A DNA stretch of 64,000 bases. Source: Chrysomallon squamiferum (Eukaryota; Animalia; Mollusca). The position numbers and the translations under genes are program-made. Positions 44,792 through 57,254 of this stretch are shown in pieces. Under the pieces are notes generated by a model that was not told the origin of the DNA, ran no database searches, and saw only the letters and a program-made list of their open reading frames with translations. The stretch is from positions 14,508,001 to 14,572,000 of the forward strand of contig CM022674.1 of NCBI GenBank assembly GCA_012295275.1, in the 5' to 3' direction. Each line of letters starts with the position of its first letter. Position 1 is the stretch's first letter.

Positions 44792-44980
44792 GCGTTTTCT
44801 TGTTTGCCAAAGCAGTAATTTACTTTGTCCAATATAATATCGTGTTTACTAAATACATAATGAAATATCTGCCGTATCTGGAAAAGAAAAAAAAACAGAA
44901 ACAGTAATTTACTTTGGTCCAGTATAATATCGTGTTTACTAAATACATAATGAAATATCTCCAGTATCTGGAAAAGAATA
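44792..44980. repeat. ~107-bp tandem duplication x2
   Basis: cagtaatttacttt...tataatatcgtgtttactaaatacataatgaaatatct...gtatctggaaaagaa occurs twice. Confidence 0.85.
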
Positions 44981-45109
44981 AACAGAGGAAAAATAAAATA
45001 GTGAGAAAGCAAGTAATTCATTTCATAGTTAGCAGTGTGATATATACATATATGTCAGTTTAATCATTGTTTTATCATTATTATGATCATCACTGTTATT
45101 TACGTCATT

Positions 45110-45460
45110 GTTGTTAATATCATAGTCATTGTTATATACATGTTATATACACTGTCAGTGTTAATATAATAGTCATTGTTATATACATGTTATATACACT
45201 GTTAGTGTTAATATAATAGTCATTGTTATATACATGTTATATACACTGTCAGAGTTAGTATCATACTCAGTGTTATACACATTGTCATTGTTAATATAAT
45301 AGTGATTGTTATATACGTTATATACACTGTCAGTGTTAATATCATAGTCATTGTTATATACATGTTATATACACATTGTCATTGTTAATATAATAGTCAT
45401 AGTTATATACATGTTATATACACTGTCAGTGTTAATATCATAGTCATTGTTATACACATC
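45110..45460. repeat. ~50-bp degenerate minisatellite (gttaatataatagtcattgttatatacatgttatatacactgtcagt)
   Basis: Directly visible. Confidence 0.8.
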
Positions 45461-46629
45461 GAAATGGTCAATAGTATTATCGTGAATAAAAATACATTAT
45501 GAAAAAAGTTGGTTTTAGAAAATACACGCATGAACATCAGACGACAAAACCAAAAGTGGTTTTTTTTCTTCTTTTTTTTTCTTTTTCTTTTTTTATCTTC
45601 TTTTTCTTTTTTCTATTTTCTTTCGTTTTCCCCTCAGCTTCCCATGTCAGATGGTTTTATGATGGAGACTGTATACTATGCTGAACTGTGTAAAGCAGTT
45701 AATAGGATTGATATGAGATAAATATTTAACTTTACTGTCGTTCTGCGTTCTCGTATTAGTGCGTCAGTATGTAATTAATATTTCTGATGACTCAGTCTGT
45801 TCAAAAAATTAGTTTCATAGCGTAAAACAAAACAGACTCATTCCATTAAAGCGTTTTGAGCTTCTTCTTCCTTTACGTTAATAGTGGATCAGTCTAACGT
45901 TTTCACCTTCGACATTGTTACTGGTTTTGGCTTAATAACGAGTTGGGGATATAACGAGGTTTCTGACAGGTTAACCTCAGTACTGTCCCACAAACATCCC
46001 TGTCGTTTCCCAGATATCAGAGAGAAAACCAGAAACTATTCTGCGTTATTGTGAGAATACCATAAGATGTACGTAGAAAAAAAAAAAAAAAAAAAAAAAA
46101 GAACTATTTAGTAACCTGTATTCTTGTATTCTTATAAGAACTGCGTGGTTGGTGTTTGTTTTTGAAGTCACTGAGAGGGAACCAAATCGAGGTCGCTTTG
46201 TTACGCAATACACACGAAGAGCAGTGACATATTTCTTTGTAGTTTCAAAACGTTTTGATTTATATTACGGAAGTAATTTTTGACGGATATATCTTAATGT
46301 TTGGAAATAATTAAACTATTACAAGGAATAAAAATCCTTATTTTGAATTAAGTTCTTGACCTTCCTTTCATTGCGATGATGAGAGCATTTGACATAACAG
46401 TCAATAAACATTTGGCAATCTACAAACACAGACGTGATTATTTAATATCAACGGGACCAATTTAAAAACAAATTTCGGTAATACCATGACACTTTGATTT
46501 CGTCTGACGTTTTAGAAAATAACTACGTAGACAAATAAGTTTATTATTGCAAATGGCGGTTTATTTTGTCATTTTACTTTGTGTTTCGTGTAAAAATCAC
46601 GTTATTATTATATATTATTATACAATATA

Positions 46630-46666
<37 letters not shown>

Positions 46667-46879
46667 ATTATTATTATCTTCATCATCATCATCATAATAT
46701 AACAATATCACAAGCAGTAATAAACAAAAACAGTAATATAAAAAAAAATCATGATAATAATAATAATATAATAACAATGATATGACAATGACGATGAGAA
46801 TAATACTATATTAACAACTCACATGACATAATTATATCCTCATCTGTACAAGAGGTTTTTTCCCTGGTTAAAATGTTCG

Positions 46880-46915
46880 TGACGTCAGAAAACTGTCTTC
46901 CTGTTTAAATAGCTC
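46880..46915 (+). promoter_or_regulatory. Putative core promoter of the Ig gene (CRE, ETS-like site, TATA-like element)
   Basis: TGACGTCA at 46880-46887, CTTCCTG, and TTTAAATAG about 35 nt upstream of the ATG at 46943. Confidence 0.4.
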
Positions 46916-46942
46916 GGGCCATGCGCCCTACAGTCACTCAAC

Positions 46943-46979
46943 ATGGAAATGTTTTCTCGACTACTTTTCTTTACTGTCT
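46943..46979 (+). CDS. Single-Ig type I membrane protein, exon 1 (signal peptide)
   Basis: MEMFSRLLFFTV + T|GTGAGT; phase 1 matches the exon at 48424, completing a signal-like MEMFSRLLFFTVLNGIRS. Confidence 0.65.
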
Positions 46980-48311
46980 GTGAGTGTTTTATTGTTAAAT
47001 CTTTCTTTTGTTAACATTTATCATCATTATTATCATCGTGGGCGTTTTTGTTGTTCTTCTTCTTCTTTTTGTCGTTGTCGTTTAATATTATTAACATTAT
47101 TGTTGTTGTTACTGTTGTAATTATTATTACTGTTTTGTTATTCTTGTTGTTGTTGATATTACTACTGTAAATAATAACATAGATCATAGTTAGACAGTCG
47201 TACAAACAAACAAACAAACAAGCAAACAAAAACAAACAAAAAAGCAAACAAAACAACAAACAAACAATCAAAGAAAGAAAGAAAGAAGGAAAGTCGATAG
47301 TCATGTTGAAGTTGTGATAATGTGAGCAGCAGTTTTTAGCAGAAATTACAATGTGACATTAACACGTTTAATGACCGCCGTTATTTTGCTAACTTTTAAT
47401 GTTTTGTTGTTGTTATGTTTTGCTTTTCTCTCTCTCACTCTCTCTTTCTTCTTTAAAAAAAAAAAAAAATTATAATTAATATTTTTTGATCACTCGGTCT
47501 GTTCAGACATTTTGCTTTCTGAGCTTCTTCATTTACGTTAATAATGGATCAGTCAAATGTCTTTTACGTCGATATTGTTACTGGTTTTGACGAAATAACG
47601 AGTTTGGTATGTAACGAGGTTTCTGAGAGTTTAACTTCAATACTGTCCCACAAACATCCAGTCGTTTCACAAGTAGAAAATATAGACGCCTTTGTTTTGA
47701 AAGTGCGGTAAACTGTTTTAACAAATGAAATAAATAAAGAAAGCAAAATAGATAAATAAATTAAATAAATAAAGCTCATAGCTGAACGAGTTAATATCCT
47801 GTATTCTTGCATTCACTGGTATTTGTTTGTCAAGTCACTCACAGGGAACCAATAGGAGGTTGCGCAATACAAAATATTATTTTTCATTTTATGACTTAAT
47901 TAATTAGCCAGAAATTATCACCAGGTTGTCAAAAACACAGTATTATGCCATCATGAATAAATGAATGAATAAATGAATTAATGAACGAATTAAACATGAT
48001 TAATGAAAAATGGATGAATGAATGAATTAAACATGATTAAATGAATGAATGACTATTGTAACTCAGCTCCTTTTCTTATCGGTGTTAAATACTAAAATGT
48101 ATTTCCATGTACGGCTTATCACGGACATAATTATACAGATTTATAAACATATAAGGAAGATGATACGAATATATTATGTAGAGAACAAATTAGATAGGGA
48201 AGCATACCACATACATTCTGAATCACTTCCTGATTGTTAGAAACTCTTCAAATTGTTTCTAAAAATGCCTTCTTAGATTACTTATCATAAATTATTATAC
48301 TAACATAGAAA

Positions 48312-48346
<35 letters not shown>

Positions 48347-48423
48347 AAAGTTTGCCATTCGAAATGATGATACAATTTACGCTGATATGTTGAATTTTTA
48401 TTTTTTTTTTTTTTTAAATTCAG

Positions 48424-48598
48424 TAAACGGAATTCGATCATGTAAACTTGAATTTGATGTGTCGGACTCGACTGCGTTTTTGGAAAACAAAGACAGCTAC
48501 GTCATCACTTGTAGAGCTGCTTGTTCTTCAACTGAAAAGTTTCGTCACCTCCGTTGGTATGACAACCACTACAGATCAATAAACGAAAAGTCTTCGAG
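48424..48598 (+). CDS. Ig membrane protein exon 2 (N-half of Ig domain)
   Basis: Poly-T/ttcag acceptor and AG|GTAAAA donor; contains YVITCRA...LRWYD (Ig B-strand Cys, C-strand Trp). Confidence 0.8.
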
Positions 48599-48790
48599 GT
48601 AAAAATAACACTTTCAACTTTGTTTTTAGTTAAATAACTTTATATAAACATCGTAAATCATAGGGGAACATAAATATTTAAATAAATAACAACAACAACC
48701 AAACAAGCACATAAATAAAAAATTAAACCAATAATGCTCAGAGATAATGGCGACAATGATGATTACTATGATGATAATAATGATGAATAT

Positions 48791-49406
48791 CGTTGTGTTT
48801 CAGAATACGTACAGTTTCTGACAGTCTCTATAAAGAAGTGACGTTGTTTTTCAGAATACGTACAGTTTCTCACAGTCTCTAAAAAGACTTAACGTTGTTT
48901 TTCAGAATACGTACAGTTTCTCACTGTTTCTATAAAGAAGTGACGTTGTTTTTCAGAATACTTACAGTTTCTCACTGTCTCTATAAAGAAGTGACGTTGT
49001 TTTTAAGAATACGTACAGTTTCCGACAGTCTCTAAAAAGACTTAACGTTGTTTTTCAGAATACGTACAGTTTCTCACTGTCTCTATAAAGAAGTGACGTT
49101 GTTTTTCAGAATACGTACAGTTCCTGACAGTCTCTATAAAGAAGTGATGTTGTTTTCCAGAATACGTACAGTTTCTGACAGTCTCTATAAAGAAGTGACG
49201 TTGTTTTTCAGAATACGTACAGTTTCTGACAGTCACTAGGAAGAAATAACGTTGTTTTTTAGAATACGTACAGTTTCTGACAGTCTCTATAAAGACGTAA
49301 CATTGTTTTTCAGAATACGTACAGTTTCTGACAGTCTCTAAAAAGGTTAACGTTGTTTTTCAGAATACGTACAGTTTCTGACAGTCTCTATAAAGAAGTG
49401 ACGTTG
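48791..49406 (+). repeat. 51-bp tandem repeat x12 spanning the exon 3 splice acceptor
   Basis: Unit gttgtttttcAG|aatacgtacagtttctgacagtctctataaagaagtgac; the last copy is the true acceptor plus the first 39 nt of the exon. Confidence 0.9.
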
Positions 49407-49506
49407 TTGTTGAGAAATGTGACAGCAGACGACAGCGGGACGTACACTTGTACCGGAAATACAGAATACGTCACTTTTGTAAAATCTGTTAACATAGTAG
49501 TTACAG
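49364..49506 (+). CDS. Ig membrane protein exon 3 (C-half of Ig domain)
   Basis: IRTVSDSLYKEVTLLLRNVTADDSGTYTCTGNTEYVTFVKSVNIVVT contains the canonical L.L.NV...DSG.Y.C motif; phases 2/1 fit the neighbouring exons. Confidence 0.85.
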
Positions 49507-50236
49507 GTGTGTTTGTATAGCAAACTGAACACGCACAAACACTGACACAAACACAAACACACATACACATACACACAAACACACACACATACACACTGAC
49601 ACAAACACAAACACACATACACATAGATACTACACAAGTCATTCGGCCAACCAACAGAAATAAATTTAGCACGATTATTACTTTACAAGAAAATGGTCAT
49701 ATATATTCATATATACATACGTATACACACACGTACACGCATACATACATCCACAGACAGACCAACATATATGAACATAACGAGTTAGTTTGTTAGTTTG
49801 TTAGTGAGAGTGTAGAAGTCGTATGAACACACATAAATATATTTATAATAATTTTGTATGTTACTTTTTTTTTTCTTTTTTTTTTTATAAATAAATAAAT
49901 AAATAAACATTTTAAAAATAATAAAATAGCACATTATTTTATTAAAATTCTATTTTAATGTTCATCATTTGGTGGATATTGAGTGGACTATATTTATTTG
50001 TTTATTTGTTTGTTTTTTTTTGTTTGGGATTTTCTGTTGGGTTTTTAAACTGATGTTTAATTTTTTAGTTATTTCAACAAAGAGTGATAATATCATAGGT
50101 AGTAATTTATTATTACTATTTTTACTGTGACTTCTAATTCTACTATTACTGCTGCTACTATTATTATTGTTATTCTAAACTTTTAAATTCGTTGTATTAT
50201 ATTTTGATCCTTTTAATCTAATTTGTGCAAACTTTC

Positions 50237-50351
<115 letters not shown>

Positions 50352-50388
50352 TAGGGGAGATGTTTTTGACAATTTTTTTAATTTGCAG

Positions 50389-50836
50389 ATATCGATGATT
50401 TGGATATCTTAGTACAGAACAGAATAGCTCAGAACAAAGTAGCTAGGTATTTCTCTAGGGCAAAACGGGAAGAACAAAATGGGGAGGATCAAGGAAGCGG
50501 ATCAGAGGATAGAACACTTTCTCCGCCTGGTGCTGATTCTGAAAACAGGAAAACGCAGACAGCTCACGGAGGACAGAAACTGGGGAGCAGAAACATACTG
50601 ATCGTATCTTTATTTATCGTCTTCGTTCTTCTTCTCTTTATCCTTACGTTTATTTACTGTAAAAGAAAAGCTGGAGATGATCACAGTAAATCTAGAAGTG
50701 AATTCTTAAATCTGAATGTTTTGGAATCGGGACATTTGTCGATGAAAACTGAAGACGCGGGAGAAATGAGCTCAGACCGTCATAAATCAAACAGTACTTG
50801 TCAGTGCGCAGTCGTAGAGCTCACTGACGTAGAAAA
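50389..50836 (+). CDS. Ig membrane protein exon 4 (stalk with RAKR, TM helix, juxtamembrane tail)
   Basis: tttgcag acceptor and AA|GTAAGT donor; TM segment [22 protein letters not shown] followed by KRK stop-transfer. Confidence 0.8.
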
Positions 50837-51065
50837 GTAAGTTTTACACATACACACAGACACACACACACAGACACACAGACATTGACACACACACAGA
50901 CATACACACACAGACATACACACACAGACATACACACATACACACACACACACACAGACAGACAGACACATACATACATACATACATACATACATAACAC
51001 ATGCATACATACATACAGTCACACACAGAAATAGTTCTGTATAACTGTCTAATTTACAAAAACAG

Positions 51066-51611
51066 GAAAGAAAAAGATGATGCTACTGAAGATTTCGTGA
51101 CTTCATTAAAATCATGTCCTGAAGTTCAGACGACCACAGAAAAAGACGTAGACACATCTACTGAAGTTCAGACCACCAAAGTAACAGACGCGGACATATC
51201 TACTGAAGTTCTGACCAACAAAGTAACAGCCGCGGACGTATCTACTGAAGTTCAAAGTAACAGACGACATAAAAGGAAAAGAAGACGGAAAGTTCTGACC
51301 ACCAAAGTAACAGACGCGGACATATCTACTGAAGTTCAGACCAACAAAGTAACAGACGCGGACATATCTACTGAAGTTCTGACCACCAAAGTAACAGACG
51401 CGGACATATCTACTGAAGTTCAGACGACAAAAGGAAAAGAAACGAACACCTCTACTGAAGTTCAGACATCCACAGTAAAAGATGTACACACATCTACTGA
51501 AGCAAAAGATTCGGACATAGCCACTGAATGTCAAACGTCTCCAGCGACAGACTCTGTGCACTCTGAAAGCTCCAGCCACTCAAAACTAACAAAGGCAGAG
51601 GACAAAGAAAG
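51066..51611 (+). CDS. Ig membrane protein exon 5 (cytoplasmic T/E/D-rich 14-aa repeats)
   Basis: aacag acceptor (weak pyrimidine tract), AG|GTTGGT donor, phase 2/2; open frame across ~9 degenerate TEVQTTKVTDADIS units. Confidence 0.65.
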
Positions 51612-51819
51612 GTTGGTCTTGTTATTGGTGGTCATACAAACCTCCCTCATTCTGCTGCTCTGTTACTCGTAATAGGTCTGTTATTTGTACACTCGCTGGT
51701 TCTCTCTCATACATAGCACTACAACTCAGTGATGATAATTAATTGTTAAAGACTTTATAACACTGGTTATATTTTATAAATGCTACAACGATTTTGTGTT
51801 TGTTTATTGTTGTCATTAT

Positions 51820-51882
<63 letters not shown>

Positions 51883-51986
51883 AAGTATTATTACTATTAG
51901 TACGATTACTACTACTACTATTGGTTTTTTGTTTTTTTATTTTGTTATTCTTTCTTTTTTATTATTATCGATTGTTGTCAACACAG

Positions 51987-52208
51987 GAAGGATTCTGACG
52001 ATAAAACCGATGTGGTCTCAAACCATACGGATGAACTGACTCAGAAAACAAAGGAATCGGGCGCTGGTAACCAGGAATTCGTTGTTGTAGATCTGAATTC
52101 ACCAGATGAATGTAGTTGTTCGGAGTCACGAGAAAAAAGAGGAGATGAAACAGATCAGCCTGGAAACTCAAATCCGTCAGAAGAAACAACAACAGAAACA
52201 AAAGAAAA
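51987..52208 (+). CDS. Ig membrane protein exon 6 (acidic cytoplasmic segment)
   Basis: acacag acceptor, AA|GTTAGT donor, phase 2/2; KDSDDKTDVVSNHTDELTQK...TETKE. Confidence 0.6.
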
Positions 52209-52542
52209 GTTAGTGTCTTCTTCTTCTCATTGTTACAGTTGTAGTTATTATAGTATTGTTGTTAATATTATGTTTTTGTTGTCGTCGCCGTCGTCATCAT
52301 CATCATCATCATCATCATTACTGAACACTTAATTTTATAAAAACAGTACCAATATCATCATCAATCACCCTTATTTATCATCTATATTATTATTATTATT
52401 ATTGTTGTTGGTGGTGGTGGTGGTGGTGGTGGTGGTGGTGGTGGTGGTATTATCTTACCTTTGTTTCTGCATCACGTTCTTTTATAATTCCGTTATCTAA
52501 TTTAGTGATTTTTGTTATTTTTTTTTTTTTTCTTTTAATTAG

Positions 52543-52603
52543 GAATATATCTCTTGGCACAATCTTCAGATCGTTTAAACAAATTGTGTTGACTAAAAAC
52601 TGA
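52543..52603 (+). CDS. Ig membrane protein, probable last coding exon
   Basis: Poly-T/aattag acceptor; phase 2 gives NISLGTIFRSFKQIVLTKN*. Coding-like sequence continues downstream in another frame, so the C-terminus is uncertain. Confidence 0.4.
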
Positions 52604-53872
52604 AAAAGTGACAAATCCTGAAGAAAAACACGAAACGAAAGAACGAGACAAGGCGTGTAAGACAGAGGCTCGTGACTTCAGTTCTGAAAACAAAGCCTCA
52701 ACGTCAGAACAGTCAGTTTGTTCCGAGCCGAGAGAAACTAATGAAAATACAGCTGACCACGTCGGGATGACCCACGGTGCTGTGGCTGCAGATGCAAATA
52801 TAACAGAAGATGCTGCAACGGAGACAAATAACTAAGAATCGGCGTTTTAAAACAACCATCCATTAGCAAATGATATGAAAAACAGACAACCATCAGCAAA
52901 TAGTATATAAAAAAAATAATAAATAAAAAAAAGTGCCTGTTGGTAGAAAATACGAAAGACAACGATGTATCAGAAGACTAAAAAACTATAAAAAAAAAGA
53001 AGTATTTAAGTAGAATGTTTGAAAAACATCGATATATCAGCTGACAGAAGATGAAGCGCGCTAAAATGAACGTATTATTAGAAGACGGTTTGAAAAACAA
53101 CTTATTAACAGACATCTTGTGAAAAATGGAAGAATCGATACGATCAAAGATGATAAAAATAACTGAAAATGCTAAAGAAATTGACAAAACAGCAACAACT
53201 TTTATAACAACGAACAGCGTAACAAATAACATTTCTGGAACCGAACATTACGAAATGACCAATCACAGCGAATGTGAAGCTAAAATTGATAACGTCAAAT
53301 TTAACGAAAAGAAAAAGAAAGAGAGAAAAAACAACAAAGAGAGAGAGAGAGAAAGAAAAAAGAACATAAAACAAATAAATAATAATTAAATATAAATCAA
53401 ATAAAATTAAATTAAATAGAATTGAATAAATAAATAAATAAACCTTTTATGAAAAAAAAAAAAAAAAAAATCAGAGAAAAAAAAAAATAATCGAGCTTAA
53501 ATGGCTTTATGTATTTATACTTGGGTCCTGCATATAGGAAAACTGCAAAATCTGCCATATCATCTGTTTTATCTAATTTAAGCCTAGGGCTCAAAAACGA
53601 AAATTACTGAACAAAATTACCGTCAATTTTCAGTGGACATTTTGCATTAGTGCAATGACGTAATTCAAAGCTAAATGGTTAGGCTTCAAGATTTTTATAA
53701 TTTAACTTTTTTTTAATTCTTCTTCATCTTTTTTGTCGTTTGTTTTGTTTTGTTGTTGTTTTTTTTTCTTCTCTGTTTTTCTGCTTTTTAACAAAAAATC
53801 CAGTCAGTGAAATTAATTAGTTGCAATTTTTATATGTAAATTTCTGTATTTGTTTTATTTTTATTTTTGTCC

Positions 53873-53937
<65 letters not shown>

Positions 53938-53941
<4 letters not shown>

Positions 53942-54297
53942 CAGTCTGGGCGAGGGAGGCGAGCGGAGCGGGGAGCAGCAGTCTGGGCGAGGGAGGCGAG
54001 CGGAGCGGGGAGCAGCAGTCTGAGCGAGGGAGGCGAGCGGAGCGGGGAGCAGCAGTCTGGGCGAGGGAGGCGAGCGGAGGTGGGGAGCAGCAGTCTGGGC
54101 AGGAGGGAGCCGAGCGGGTGGGGGAGCAGCAGTCTGGGCGAGGGAGGCGAGCGGAGTGGGGAGCAGCAGTCTGGGCGAGGGAGGCGAGCGGAGTGGGGAG
54201 CAGCAGTCTGGGCGAGGGAGGCGAGCGGAGTGGGGAGCAGTAGTCTGGGCGAGGGAGGCGAGCGGAGTGGGGAGCAGCAGTCTGAGCGAGGGAGGCG
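53938..54297. repeat. GC-rich 37-bp minisatellite (gcagcagtctgggcgagggaggcgagcggagcgggga) x~10
   Basis: Directly visible; starts immediately after an (AC)n tract. Confidence 0.9.
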
Positions 54298-54854
54298 TCT
54301 GAGGCTAAGTGACAGTTTACACTGCATCAGGGCAAGAACCGGGCTGAGACTGAAACGTGTGAGAAGGATGCTGTATGTCTTAAACTGTCACGTGTTCGAT
54401 AAACCTGTTTAATGTCTGATGTCTTTGTCAGTTATGTCTTTCATCGCAACGATATCGGCAGACTTCAATCGGTAACCGTAGACATAAATGAATTCATTCA
54501 GTGGATATCATTTCTATCGGAATAGGGATTTATATTTTATATTTTTAAAATAAAATCTTTGTGTGTATGTGTGTGTGTGTGAATCGTCAATTTCGGGATG
54601 TCATTTGCCTCAGTGTAGTTACGGCCATGGTTAACACTTAGACGCATAGAAATATGGTTTCTGTAATTGTAAACACACAGTTTTCTTCATCCATTGTCGT
54701 TTATTTTCTTTGTGGTCATGTGTTTAGCATCTAAATAATAAAAATATGAAAAAAAGAGAAAAAAAAACGTTTTCTGTTTTAATTACAAATAAAAATGACG
54801 ACAACCACAAAAGCAGCTGCAGCACTTGTCGTAGTAGTAGTAGAACTAGTTGTT

Positions 54855-54906
<52 letters not shown>

Positions 54907-55225
54907 TAACAATATATATATCGTTCTACGATATTCATTTATTAAATGCTCTTCTCTACGTGCGTAGGTGTAATGTTAATTTTAATGTATAAATACTGTG
55001 GTTCTGATACTGAATAATAAGGGATAAGTGTTTGATACTAAATCGATGACGATTTTCCAGCCCTCAAGCGAAACACGTACTTGGGTTAGTATCAGTGGTC
55101 CGGTTTGAATTTCACTGATTATACACATGCGCAATGTAAAGTAAACAACAGGAAGTTGGAATTCTAGGAAGTTTTTTGTTTTGTTTTGTTTTGTGTTGTG
55201 TTGTCACATGTGTTAAGTTTCAGAA

Positions 55226-55514
55226 ATGCGGATCACAGTAACGACTTTATCAGATCAGATATTCACTTTGGATGTTAGCGATGAAATGGAACTGGAAAAT
55301 TTCAAAGCTCTCTGTGAATACGAGAGCGGTGTGCCCACGCGTGAGATAGCCATTCTTTGGAATGGCCGTCCTCTTGCTGATGATAAACAAACATTGAAGC
55401 AGTACGGGGTTAAAGATGGCGAGGTTTTACTCCTACAGCACATGAGAGGATCGGCAGCACATGCGACTGGAGTCCGTGATATGTCCAGATCAGCACAACA
55501 TAATCAAACAAGTG
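55226..55514 (+). CDS. DDI2: DNA damage-inducible protein 1/2 homolog, exon 1 (UBL domain)
   Basis: MRITVTTLSDQIFTLDVSDEMELENFKALCEYESGVP...NGRPLADDKQTLKQYGVKDGEVLLL is the Ddi-type ubiquitin-like domain; G|GTAATA donor. Confidence 0.93.
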
Positions 55515-55998
55515 GTAATATATAATGATAAAAAATACTTGGTTTTATTTTATTTTATTCAATTTATTAATATTTATTAATATTTATTTATTAAACCAGG
55601 ATTTAAAAATGAATCACTGAATGTACTAAATGCCTGATTGTTGTTAATCATTTTAATATCTTTGTTGTTTTAATATTAATTAAATAATTAATCTTTTATT
55701 TTATTAGTCTACATCTTCTGATAATTATTGTTACAATATTAAACAAGTGTAAATATATGTAACAGTTTAAAGAAAATACGAAATTAATCAGAACATATAT
55801 ACATACTTAGATTTAGAATGTTAGATACTACAAATATCTGAAATATATATAACAAACCACAAAAGTAACCAAATATAGGTGTATGTATCAAATAAAAAAT
55901 TAAAACTCTTTCACTTGGATAATTAATTAATACTATACTGTATTTGTTTATTTTATATAAGTTATTTGAGCTGTTAATTTATTAAATGTGTCCTTTAG

Positions 55999-56202
55999 GT
56001 GTTCCCATCATTGATTTCGGCAGCATCCAGATTCCTGGCAGTCATTCAATAACACCATCATCATCAAGGTCATCATCATCCCAGGGAAACTTGGAAGACC
56101 CTGTCTTTGTGAGACAGATGTTGCTGTCCAATCCTCACCAGATGGCATTGCTAAAAGAAAGAAATCCACCATTAGCTGAAGCTCTTGCCTCTGGAAATGT
56201 TG
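55999..56202 (+). CDS. DDI2: DDI exon 2 (IDFGSIQIP motif, HDD start)
   Basis: tttag acceptor, G|GTATGA donor, phase 1/1; [30 protein letters not shown]. Confidence 0.93.
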
Positions 56203-56828
56203 GTATGAACTGAACTACTTTTAGTTTTTAGTATGTACTGAACTAGTTTTAGTTTTTAATATGTACTGAACTACTTTTAGTATTTAGTATGTACTGAACT
56301 AGTTTTAGTTTTTAGTATGTACTGAACTACTTTTAGTTTTTTTACTGAACTTTTTTTTAGTATTTGTACTGAACTACTTTTAGTTTTTAGTATGTACTGA
56401 ACTAGTTTTAGTTTTAGTATGAACTGAACTACTTTGAACTAGTTTTAGTTTTTAGTATGTACTGAACTACTTTTAGTTTTTAGTATGTACTGAACTACTT
56501 TTAGTTTTTAGTATGAACTGAACTACTTTTAGTTTTTAGTATGTACTGAACTACTTTTAGTTTTTAGTATGAACTGAACTACTTTTAGTTTTTAGTATGA
56601 ACTGAACTAGTTTTAGTTTTTAGTATGTACTGAACTACTTTTAGTATTTAGTATGTACTGAACTAGTTTTAGTTTTTAGTATGTACTGAACTACTTTTAG
56701 TATTTAGTATGAACTGAACTAGTTTTAGTATTTAGTATGTACTGAACTAGTTTTAGTTTTTAGTATGTACTGAACTACTTTTAGTATTTAGTATGTACTG
56801 AACTACTTTTAGTATTTAGTATGTACTT
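56203..56828 (+). repeat. 28-bp minisatellite beginning exactly at the DDI intron 2 donor, x~22
   Basis: Unit gtatgtactgaactacttttagttttta; the first unit is the real GTATGA donor. Confidence 0.9.
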
Positions 56829-57254
56829 AATTTAATTTTTGTTTAAGTATTTACTGAACATAATTTTATTTACTGAACATAATTTTTGCATATTGGAACT
56901 TTATTTTAAAAAGCTACAATTTTCAAAAGAGAATATAGTCTTAATTTTCAGAATTTAACCTTGCATATTGGAACTTTATTTTAAAAAGTGCTCACTTGGA
57001 TTAATACCTGTTATAAATAGACACTACGTTGTACAAATATATATATAATCATAAATCAGTTAAATTTTCATTATTCTACTGATGTTTGATCAGACCACTA
57101 TATTATCTCTACTGATACATACAATATGGTGAATATCTGTCTAGTAAATGCATGCACATACAGACAGACAGACAGACACTCTGCTTGGATTAAAAGCAGT
57201 TGTTACAAAAATAGACACAAATGTTTTAGTTAGCTTGTAGTCAAATGATAAATA

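Larger units (their letters stand above)
45790..47870. repeat. Pair of diverged ~400-bp direct repeats (45790-46210 and 47490-47870) flanking Ig-gene exon 1
   Basis: Collinear shared blocks gagcttcttc, tttacgttaata.tggatcagtc, attgttactggttttg, aacgaggtttctga, tactgtcccacaaacatcc, cctgtattcttg and agggaaccaa. Confidence 0.8.

Noticed and set aside
48791-49406. CRISPR-like regularly spaced repeats (here and in other arrays)
   Set aside because: Units are head-to-tail with no unique spacers, there are no cas genes, and the context is an intron-rich eukaryote.
53821-54412. 140-181 aa ORFs over the GC-rich repeat
   Set aside because: Open only because the 37-bp unit lacks stops; they start within T-rich/(AC)n sequence and show no domain.
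56203-56828. Recursive-splicing ratchet points or 22-nt micro-introns in the donor repeat (gtatgt...ttttag)
   Set aside because: Junctions read tttttaGTATGT with a shared G rather than AG|GT, and the units are far below the usual minimal spliceosomal intron length.
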